Shown here: piece after piece, positions 1 to 7,312 of the stretch
How the letters are laid out: each line of letters begins with the position of its first letter
Position numbering within the stretch: the stretch's first letter is position 1
DNA from: Myxococcota bacterium
Lineage (GTDB): Bacteria > Myxococcota_A > UBA796 > CAJQPC01
Reading direction: 5' to 3'
Assembly: GCA_036229005.1 (NCBI GenBank)
Contig: JAZAMN010000035.1
Location: 1 to 50,101, forward strand
Length of the DNA: 50,101 nt
Program-made: the position numbers and the translations under genes
The notes under the pieces: model-generated
What the model was told of the DNA's origin: nothing
What the model saw: the letters and a program-made list of their open reading frames with translations, nothing else
Database searches by the model: none

Positions 1-342
1 CCGGTTCGGGCCAGGTATGGCCCTCGCAGCCCGGACGCCAGCGCGCAGCATGCCGCTTTCAGCGGATGCGCTGGCTGTCCGGGCTGAGTTCCGGGGAATC
101 CGATAGCCGAGAGTCCCCACAGTCTCCTTTGTGGGGGACAAGGTCCCCCACACCCCCTGTACGGGCTCCCCGGGGGAGCCCGGCTCGGGCCAGGTATGAC
201 CCTCGCGCGCTTCGCGGCCGGCGCGCGGTCTGTCCGCCAAGAGCGGACGCGCCGGCCTGCGAATCCGAGAGTCCTCTTGTGGGGGACAAGGTCCCCCACA
301 CCCCCTGTACGGGCTCCTCGGGAGAGCCCGGCTCGGTCCAGG
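1..342 (+). repeat. Tandem copies of a ~148-bp multi-hairpin (REP/BIME-like) repeat: partial degenerate copy 1-128, full copy 129-276, truncated copy 277-342
   Basis: TTGTGGGGGACAAGGTCCCCCACACCCCCTGTACGGGCTCC occurs at ~129 and ~278. CCGG(T/C)TCGGGCCAGGTATG occurs at 1 and ~180. Confidence 0.8.
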
Positions 343-1070
343 CCTCCAGGAAGTGGCTCCACGAGCTGGCCATCTCCCTCTGCGCGACCTCGACTCCGAG
401 CACCTGGCGTTGGCCCGTCTCCCTCACACCAATGGCGATGAGGACGGCCTTGGAGACCACGCGGCCGTGGTCCTGGCTCTTGATTGGATGGCGTCGAGCC
501 ACACGTAGAGATGGGCCTTCTTCCCCAGGTGGCGGTTCCGGGAGAGCTCAACCCGCGCGGCTCAGGACCTGGGCCATGCGCGAGACCTCGCTGCGCTTGA
601 CCCCTGAGCCCCCATGGCCTCCATCAGGTCCTCGACCTTGTGGGTAGAGACGCCGAGGACGTAGCCTTCGCTGACCACGTTGACGAAGGCCTTCTCCCAG
701 CGTCGGCGCGGCGCCAGGAGGCTTGGGTAGCAGTTCCCCTCTTGTATTCTCGAATCTCAAGGTTCACAGTCCCCATTCGCGTCTCGAGTGCACGACAGCG
801 GTACCCGTTGCGCTGGTTCCGGCGAGCCTCGCTGGGCGCTCCATCGAGGGCGCCTGTGAGCGCAGAACTCGGTCTCCATCAGCGCCTCCTTGAGGAGCTC
901 GCGGAAGAAGTCAGGCTCCGCCTGAACCAGGGTGTTGCTGAGTGCGTTCAAGTCTTCTACGTAGGCCGTGAGCGGTGGGTCTTCAGGCTGTTGTTGTTGA
1001 CAAGTCAACGTCATGGAGAACCCCACCGCCTCTTCAACCTGAGAGGGCTGCTACACCACTTCCCGGGACG
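343..1070 (-). pseudogene. Degraded IS256 (Mutator) family transposase with left terminal inverted repeat; frameshifted and 3'-truncated
   Basis: Minus-strand fragments in different frames read RNQRNGYRCRALETRMGTVNLEI, RRWEKAFVNVVSEGYVLGVSTHKVEDLMEAMG and GRVVSKAVLIAIGVRETGQRQVLG...SWSHFL, which are IS256 hallmark blocks. An IS256-like end (CTACACCACTTCCCGGGAC on +) lies at ~1051-1069. Confidence 0.85.
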
Positions 1071-1080
1071 CTGCCGACGC

Positions 1081-2160
1081 CCACATGGGCTGCTTCACCA
1101 GCGGCTCCCGCGCCGAGGTCCGATCCAGCGCATCCTGCGCGCCTGCAATCTGCGCCGCCCCCGGGACCGGGCGGTACGGGGACTGCGGGAGCATCGGTGT
1201 GTGAACGTCCGCCTCAAGCGGGCATCGGGGTGTGAACGCCCGACATCGGCGGGCATCCGGGCCTGAACGCCCGACATCGGCGAGCATCGGGGTGTGAACG
1301 CCCGAGGATCAGCCGAATCCAACCTCCCGCGAGCGAATTCCACGGAAAACCCGGGCGTTCGACCCTGGATGCCCCAGAAACCCGGGCGTTCGACCCCGGA
1401 TGCTCCAGAAACCCGGGCGTTCGACCCCGGATGCCCCCCGAATTGACCCCAATTACGCCATACCCAGGTTCTCCCAACGGAGACCCTGCTTGTTGCCCGC
1501 CGGCCAGGAGACACCGGAGTGGCTGTGGGGGCGGAGGCTGGTCGAGCCCCCCATGTCCGGCCGACCCAAAGACCAGTCGAAGGCGCCGACCGACCCCTGA
1601 CGCCTGACTGGTGGGAGCCGCGGCACCCACCCGCCCCTTGGCGGACGCGCCATCCGCTACCCCGGCCAGGTGCTGGTTGTTCACGACCACATGGGCTGCT
1701 TCTCCAGCGGCTCCCGCGCCGAGCTCAGATCCAGCGCATCCAATCTGCGCCGCCCACGGGACCGTGCGGTACGGGGACTGGGGGAGCATCGGTGTGTGAA
1801 CGCCCGCCTCCAGCGGGCATCGGGGTGTGAACGCCCGGCATCGGCGGGCATCCGGGCTTGAACGCCCGACATCGGCGAGCATCGGGGTGTGAACGCCCGA
1901 GGATCAGCCGAATCCAACCTCCCGCGAGCGAATTCCACGGAAAATCCGGGCGTTCGACCCCGGATGCCCCAGAAACCCGGGCGTTCGACCCCGGATGCCC
2001 AGAAACCCGGGCGTTCGACCCCGGATGCCCCCCGAGTTGAGCCCAACCCCGCCACACGACGGAGACCCTGCTGATCGCCAGCCAAGGCCCCCAGGGCTTG
2101 TCGGCGGAGGCTCGTCGAACCGCCATCAACGGCCCACAAGAACCGGTCAGACACCGACTG
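1081..2160. repeat. ~600-bp tandem duplication; each unit has 4 + 3 oppositely oriented 31-bp repeats
   Basis: 1081-~1450 is near-identical to 1687-~2045, with weaker similarity continuing (GGAGACCCTGCT, GGCGGAGGCT.GTCGA). Left repeats start at 1191/1222/1253/1284 and 1786/1817/1848/1879. Inverted right repeats start at 1352/1383/1414 and 1947/1978/2008. Confidence 0.9.
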
Positions 2161-2221
2161 GCCCCCCACACACGGGGCCCGCGCGACTCCCGGCATCGGT
2201 CCCCCGACACCGGGATGGCGA

Positions 2222-2698
2222 TCAGCCGCGGATCTGCTGCGCGGAGTAGTTGGGCAGGCCCACCTGCTGGATCAGCTCGAGCTGGGACTCCAGCCAGTCG
2301 ATGTGCTCCTCCTCGCTGGCCAGGATGCTGTCCAGGAGGATGCGGCTGCCCTCGTCGTTCTTCTCGCGGCAGAGTGCGATGCCCTGCTGCAGGCGGGGGA
2401 CGGCCTCGTACTCGACCTCGAGGTCGGCGCGCAGGCACTCCTCGACGTTCTCACCGATACGCACCTTGAACATGCGCTGAACGTTGGGCAGGCCGCCCAG
2501 GTAGAGCACGCGCTCGATGAGCTGATCGGCGTGCTTCATCTCGTCGATGCTCTCGGCCCGGACCTTGGAGTGGAGACGCTCATAGCCCCAGTCCTGGAAC
2601 ATCTTGGCGTGCAGGAAGTACTGGTTGATCGCGGTCAACTCGCCCGTGAGGACCTCGTTGAGGAGGGCGATGATCTCGGGATGCGTAGGACGGGACAT
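2222..2698 (-). CDS. bfr: Bacterioferritin
   Basis: [21 protein letters not shown]...[10 protein letters not shown]...EEEHIDWLE ferroxidase motifs and heme-ligand Met; GGAG precedes the ATG at 2698. Confidence 0.97.
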   Translation of the reverse strand: MSRPTHPEIIALLNEVLTGELTAINQYFLHAKMFQDWGYERLHSKVRAESIDEMKHADQLIERVLYLGGLPNVQRMFKVRIGENVEECLRADLEVEYEAVPRLQQGIALCREKNDEGSRILLDSILASEEEHIDWLESQLELIQQVGLPNYSAQQIRG

Positions 2699-2740
2699 GG
2701 GCACTCCAGGGCTTTTCTATCGGCTAGCAGGCTCTGGAGC

Positions 2741-2799
2741 TTGACGCCCGTTGTTGCTTTCGACTATCACTAAAGCCAAGCGACTGAAACCCGATATCA
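2741..2799 (+). promoter_or_regulatory. Putative sigma70 promoter and Fur-like box upstream of bfd
   Basis: TTGACG(2741)-N18-TATCAC(2765); TGAAACCCGATATCA (2785-2799, TGA-N9-TCA) in an AT-rich patch between two iron-homeostasis genes. Confidence 0.45.
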
Positions 2800-2814
2800 A
2801 TATCAGGAGCAGCC

Positions 2815-3006
2815 ATGGTCATCTGCGTCTGTGAAGCCGTCCGCGAGCGTGAGGTCGATGCCCACATCGCTCGAGGGTGTCGCACGGTGCGGGAGCTGAC
2901 CACCGCCTGCGGGGCCGGGGGAGACTGCGGAGCCTGCGTGCGGGATCTGCGCGAGCGCCTGGTGGCCCGGCGCGCCGAGGCTGTCGTGGAGTCCAAGGAG
3001 GCCTGA
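2815..3006 (+). CDS. bfd: Bacterioferritin-associated [2Fe-2S] ferredoxin
   Basis: MVICVCEAV...CGAGGDCGAC (CxC...CxxC); AGGAG RBS; adjacent to bfr. Confidence 0.92.
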   Translation: MVICVCEAVREREVDAHIARGCRTVRELTTACGAGGDCGACVRDLRERLVARRAEAVVESKEA

Positions 3007-3068
3007 GCCGCTGCGCCTGGGCCTCGGGGCAGCGGAAAGGGTTAGTCTCCGCGCACGAGGATTCTCCA

Positions 3069-3662
3069 ATGGCCCAGAGCCCTGAGCAGCGAGCAGAAGA
3101 CACCGCCGTCGTCGAGGCCGTCCTGGCGGGGGACAGCGCCGCCTACCGCAGCCTGGTCGAGCGCTACCAGCGGCGCATCTACGCCATGGTGACCGGCATG
3201 GTGCGGGACAAGGAAGACGCCCGGGACCTGACCCAGGAGGCCTTCATCAAGGCCTTCAAGAACCTGGAGCGCTTCCGCAAGGACTCCAGCTTCTACACCT
3301 GGCTCTACCGGATCGCGATGAACCTGGCGATCGACCATCTGCGCAAGCACGGCAAGCGCAAGCACGCCGAGTTCGACGAGCAGATCGCCACCCGCGACGG
3401 CGAGGGGGCGATCGACGAGCGCCACCGCAGCCTGGACCCCAGCAAGGAGCTGCAGCGCAAGCGCCTGGGGGACCGCATCTTCAACGCGCTGGATCAGCTC
3501 TCGCCGGACCACCGGCAGATCGTGGTCCTGCGCGAGGTCGAGGGCCTCTCCTACAAGGAGATCGGCGAGGTGCTGGAGATCCCGGAGGGCACGGTCATGA
3601 GCCGGCTCTTCTACGCCCGGCGGAAGCTCCAGGAGATGCTCCAGGACGAGATCACCCGTTGA
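3069..3662 (+). CDS. ECF RNA polymerase sigma-70 factor (RpoE-like)
   Basis: DLTQEAFIKAF, FYTWLYRIAMNLAIDHLRK, LREVEGLSYKEIGEVLEIPEGTVMSRLFYARRKL; GAGGA RBS before the ATG at 3069. Confidence 0.95.
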   Translation: MAQSPEQRAEDTAVVEAVLAGDSAAYRSLVERYQRRIYAMVTGMVRDKEDARDLTQEAFIKAFKNLERFRKDSSFYTWLYRIAMNLAIDHLRKHGKRKHAEFDEQIATRDGEGAIDERHRSLDPSKELQRKRLGDRIFNALDQLSPDHRQIVVLREVEGLSYKEIGEVLEIPEGTVMSRLFYARRKLQEMLQDEITR

Positions 3663-3803
3663 AGATCCCGTCCTCTCACCCGTCAGCCAGGGTGAAGGGA
3701 GCCACCACGATGCCCTCGCCAAGCTTTTTTTCCCCTCGGGTGAATGTCGCGGCCGCAGCGCCGTCCACGACCCCGACACCTCAGAGATTCCCCTGGAGGC
3801 CAC

Positions 3804-4877
3804 ATGTCCGAGCATGAGCTGTCGCGACTGGACGCGCTGCTGATGCGGGTCCTGGACGGTCAGGCCAGCCAAGCCGAACGTCAGGAGCTGCTCGCCCTGG
3901 CCGACGCCGAGCCCCTGCTCGCGGATCACCGCGCCCTGCGGGAGGCCCTGCGTGCTGCCGTGGCCGACCAGAGCGCCGACCCCATCGACGTGGTCCCCCA
4001 GGTCCTGGCCGCGCTGCAGGTCGGGGACCCCTGGGCCGAGATCGCCAGCGGGCTGCGGGATGCCGTGGACGCTGAGGTTGACCTCGCTGATGGGATCATG
4101 GCGGCGATCAGCGCGGAGGCTCCCCAGGCTCAGGCGGTGGAGACCCCCGCTGCGGACGAGCTCGGCATCCTCCTCTCCGCGATGGTCGATGGCGAGCTCT
4201 CCCGAGAGCAGCGCAAGGAGATGGCCGATCGTCTGGCCAACGACCCCGACGCCCTGGACGCGATGACCCACCACGCCGAGCTGGGCCGCATGGTCCGGAT
4301 GGCGGTGGAGGACCGCACCCACCGGGACGAGCTCCACAGCCTCTGGACCGACATCTGCCCGGAGATCGGCGTCGAGGACCCCGAGCACGTCCCCGGCTGG
4401 GAGCAGACCGCGGTGGCCTTGCGGGAGGCGGTCCTGGAGAGGGCGGCTCTGAGCCCTTCGGAAGAAGGTGCCCTCACCGCCGCGATCCTCAATGGTCTGC
4501 CCCACCAGGAGCACCAGACCGCAGTCGAGGACGACGACTCCGAGCTCGAGCCCGCCAACCAGGGCCCCTGGGGTGTCCTGATGGACCCTCGGACCGTCGC
4601 CCTGGCGGTCGCCGCGCTGGTGCTGCTGGCCATCGGCACCCAGCTCTACCCGCAGCTCAGCGCGCCCGAGAGCGCCCCCATCCAGGGGACGGACGCGGTC
4701 GCGGAGCTGGTGGAGCCAACCGCACCCGAAGGCCAGGTGGCCTTCACCGACCACAACGAGGCCTGGACCGAGACCATCGAGTCCGGCAACGATGTCACCG
4801 TCAACGTCATCCCCGCGATGGAGGGAGCGCCCATGTTCCTGATGATCGACGAGGGCGACGAAGGAGCCGCGCTGTGA
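3804..4877 (+). CDS. Putative membrane-anchored anti-sigma factor
   Basis: Follows the ECF sigma; contains two RseA/ZAS-like segments (LLMRVLDGQAS; LLSAMVDGELSREQ) and one TM helix (VALAVAALVLLAIG); GGAGG RBS. Confidence 0.75.
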   Translation: MSEHELSRLDALLMRVLDGQASQAERQELLALADAEPLLADHRALREALRAAVADQSADPIDVVPQVLAALQVGDPWAEIASGLRDAVDAEVDLADGIMAAISAEAPQAQAVETPAADELGILLSAMVDGELSREQRKEMADRLANDPDALDAMTHHAELGRMVRMAVEDRTHRDELHSLWTDICPEIGVEDPEHVPGWEQTAVALREAVLERAALSPSEEGALTAAILNGLPHQEHQTAVEDDDSELEPANQGPWGVLMDPRTVALAVAALVLLAIGTQLYPQLSAPESAPIQGTDAVAELVEPTAPEGQVAFTDHNEAWTETIESGNDVTVNVIPAMEGAPMFLMIDEGDEGAAL

Positions 4878-5374
4878 ACAAGCTCACCCACACCATCGCG
4901 CTCCTTGCGGCCCTGGGCCTGGCCCTGCCGTCGGTGGCGGTCGCGCAGAACCGGTCCAAGGCGCCCGCCGCTGGCGCGCCCGCTCAGAAGGCCCCCGCCG
5001 TCGAGAAGGTCGCCGTGCAGGTCATGGTCGTCCACGCCAAGGATGGCCCCACCCGCAAGGTGGATCCGGCGCTCAAGGGCATGGAGTCGCACTTCTCCAA
5101 CCTGCGCTACAACGAGTACTCGGTGCTGCGTACGGAGCGGGACCGCCTGTCCACTGGCGAGACCACCACCATGGAGATCGAGGGCGGCCGCAAGCTCGAG
5201 ATCACCGTCGTGGAGAAGAACGCCCAGAACGTCCGCATGCGCGTGCAGATGTACAAGGGCGAGAAGAAGATCGTGAACACCATCATCGTGGTGGAGCGCG
5301 GCGGCACCTTCATCCTGGCGGGGCCGCAGTACCAGGGGGGCATCTTGATCCTCCCGATCACGGCGAACTACTGA
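4874..5374 (+). CDS. Secreted/periplasmic hypothetical protein, third gene of the ECF operon
   Basis: Signal peptide (LLAALGLALPSVAVA); GTGA overlap with the anti-sigma gene; GC-rich third codon positions. Confidence 0.8.
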   Translation: MNKLTHTIALLAALGLALPSVAVAQNRSKAPAAGAPAQKAPAVEKVAVQVMVVHAKDGPTRKVDPALKGMESHFSNLRYNEYSVLRTERDRLSTGETTTMEIEGGRKLEITVVEKNAQNVRMRVQMYKGEKKIVNTIIVVERGGTFILAGPQYQGGILILPITANY

Positions 5375-5502
5375 GGCATTGGCCAGGAGAAAGACCGGAG
5401 CAAGTGCGCCCCGGACGCTGAGGGCCCACAGTGGTGTTGTCCCCACTGGAGCGGCCCTTGGCCACCTTCGAGCTCGCAGCTCACCTTGAGTCTTTCGTCG
5501 CC

Positions 5503-5790
5503 ATGGAGACCGGGCGTCAGACGGTCTACCCCCTGCCCAGGACCCCCGAGTTCGACCTGATCTGCTCAGGCGACCGGCTGGAGTTCGGCGCGATCGGGTC
5601 CATCTCGGTGGGCTTCGTGCGCCGCTACGCGGACCTGGAGGCCCTGCTGGAGGGCGAAGGCTGGGAGAACGTCGCTCCGGAGCTTGGCGGCGCCGGGGAC
5701 GCGGTCCAGGTGATCCCCAAGCGCCCGGAGTGGAAGGCGGTCTACCAGGGCGTGCTCGCCGTGCGGGTGCGCGAGACCTTCCGGAAGTAG
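5503..5790 (+). CDS. Hypothetical protein (possibly ASCH/PUA-like)
   Basis: Coding-like codon usage from ATG 5503; GDRLEF...VRRYADLEALLEGEG...GVLAVRV loosely resembles the ASCH pattern. Confidence 0.55.
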   Translation: METGRQTVYPLPRTPEFDLICSGDRLEFGAIGSISVGFVRRYADLEALLEGEGWENVAPELGGAGDAVQVIPKRPEWKAVYQGVLAVRVRETFRK

Positions 5791-5793
5791 GGC

Positions 5794-6303
5794 TCAGCCC
5801 CCGGCCAGCTCCCGCAGCAATCCGGGCTCCAGGCGGGCCAGCGCGGAGTCCACGAACTCCTGCAGGTCCAGGCCCTGATCGCCTGCGTAGCGGGCAGCCT
5901 GAAGCGCCATGTCGAGCTTGTCGCAGGCCTTGACCAGCCTGCCCTCGGGGGTGGTTCCGTAGTCCTGGAATGCCTGACGCAGCTCGATGGCCCGGGCGGT
6001 GGGCAGCCCAGTGGTGAGGGCCAAGAAGGCCTCCTCCTCCATGCGCTGCTTGTCCTGGGGGGCGACCCCGTCGTGGGGGGTGATGTCGCCGACGCGGGCC
6101 TCGGCCAGGTCGTGCACGATGGCGATGGCCAGGGCCTTGTGGCGGTCCAGGTGCTCGGGGCAGAGGACCAGCACCAGGAAGGCCACGCCCCAGGAGTGGG
6201 CGGCGACGGACTCGGGGGACTGGACGCCTGCGCGCACCCAGCCGGCGCGGGGGAGCTCCTTGAGGGCCAGAGCCTCGATCAGGCGGGCGCGGAGCTCCGT
6301 CAC
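5794..6303 (-). CDS. HD-domain hydrolase (YfbR/HDDC2-like 5'-deoxynucleotidase)
   Basis: LKELPRAGW...ESVAAHSW...IVHDLAEARVGDITP...DKLDMALQA. Confidence 0.9.
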   Translation of the reverse strand: MTELRARLIEALALKELPRAGWVRAGVQSPESVAAHSWGVAFLVLVLCPEHLDRHKALAIAIVHDLAEARVGDITPHDGVAPQDKQRMEEEAFLALTTGLPTARAIELRQAFQDYGTTPEGRLVKACDKLDMALQAARYAGDQGLDLQEFVDSALARLEPGLLRELAGG

Positions 6304-7311
6304 TCAGACCACCAGGGCGCGCTGCTCGGGGCGGGCCATGGAGATCACCAGGGGCAGGTCCTCGGCCTGGGCGGCCATGAAGTCCTGCTTGTCGCGCAGA
6401 CCTCGCCAGCGGATCTCGATGAGCGCCTGGGCCACGCTGGCCCCCAGGGTGTCGCCGGGGCCGGGCAGGATCAGGGCGTCGGGGGCGAAGTTGCCCACCC
6501 CGGACTGCACGGTCGCGGAGAAGTCGTAGCTCTGGTCGACCTGGGGGCCGAGGGTCCAGTCGAAGAGCTCCAGGGGGTCGGCCCAGGTGGGGAAGAGGGC
6601 GCCACGGCCATCGACCAGGGGGACCCGCGGGCTGTCCAGGAGCAGCTCGGCCAGCTCGTCCTGGGCGCGCAGGGCGGTGGCGCTCATCAGGGGGGTGTGG
6701 AAGGCGGAGTGGAGGGGGAGCTGGATGGGGTAGCTCCGCTTGCCGCGCACCGCCTTGGGCAGCTCGGCCAGCATCCACCGCACAGCATCCCGGGACCCAG
6801 CGAGGACAGCCGTACCGCCGAGCGCGATGCTCAGGTGCACGTCGTCGCGCTCCAGGGCGGCCTCGACCACGGCGCGGGCCTCGGCGTCGGGGCGCCACTG
6901 GGCGTCGACCAGGGGGTAGAGCACCTGGCCGCCGATGACGTTGCCGGCCTGGTACTGGCCCATGGTCTCGACCAGGTGGGCGGCCTCGGCCAGCGGCAGC
7001 GCGCCGGCGGCGTAGAGGGCGGTGTACCAGCCCATGGAGTTGCCCCCGACCGCGACCAGCTCGACCTTGGCGGGGTCCAGGGCCTCCACGTCGAAGGCGG
7101 TCGCGCCAAAGGTCAGGATCGAAGCGTTCTCTCCGGCGACGTGGAGCTTGGCTCCGTGGCGCTCGGCGGCGTCCATCTCGCGGATCGTGGGGCGGCCCAG
7201 GCCGGCTCGGAAGGCGTCGAGCTGGTCGAGCACCGCGCTGGGGCCCTGGAGGCTCCCGAGCTGGTCCTTTCCGTAGGAGCCCCGGCCGGGGCACAGCAGC
7301 ATCGCGCGCAT
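6304..7311 (-). CDS. FabD/ACP S-malonyltransferase-like acyltransferase
   Basis: CPGRGSY N-terminus, GNSMG nucleophile elbow, HSAFHTPLM. Confidence 0.85.
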   Translation of the reverse strand: MRAMLLCPGRGSYGKDQLGSLQGPSAVLDQLDAFRAGLGRPTIREMDAAERHGAKLHVAGENASILTFGATAFDVEALDPAKVELVAVGGNSMGWYTALYAAGALPLAEAAHLVETMGQYQAGNVIGGQVLYPLVDAQWRPDAEARAVVEAALERDDVHLSIALGGTAVLAGSRDAVRWMLAELPKAVRGKRSYPIQLPLHSAFHTPLMSATALRAQDELAELLLDSPRVPLVDGRGALFPTWADPLELFDWTLGPQVDQSYDFSATVQSGVGNFAPDALILPGPGDTLGASVAQALIEIRWRGLRDKQDFMAAQAEDLPLVISMARPEQRALVV

Positions 7312-7312
7312 C

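Noticed and set aside
1191..2028. CRISPR array
   Set aside because: Units abut at a 31-bp period with no unique 30-40-bp spacers, the arms are inverted, and there are no cas genes.
59..2250. Numerous short ORFs over the IS remnant and repeat region
   Set aside because: They are low-complexity translations of repeats; only the IS256 fragments show protein-family motifs.
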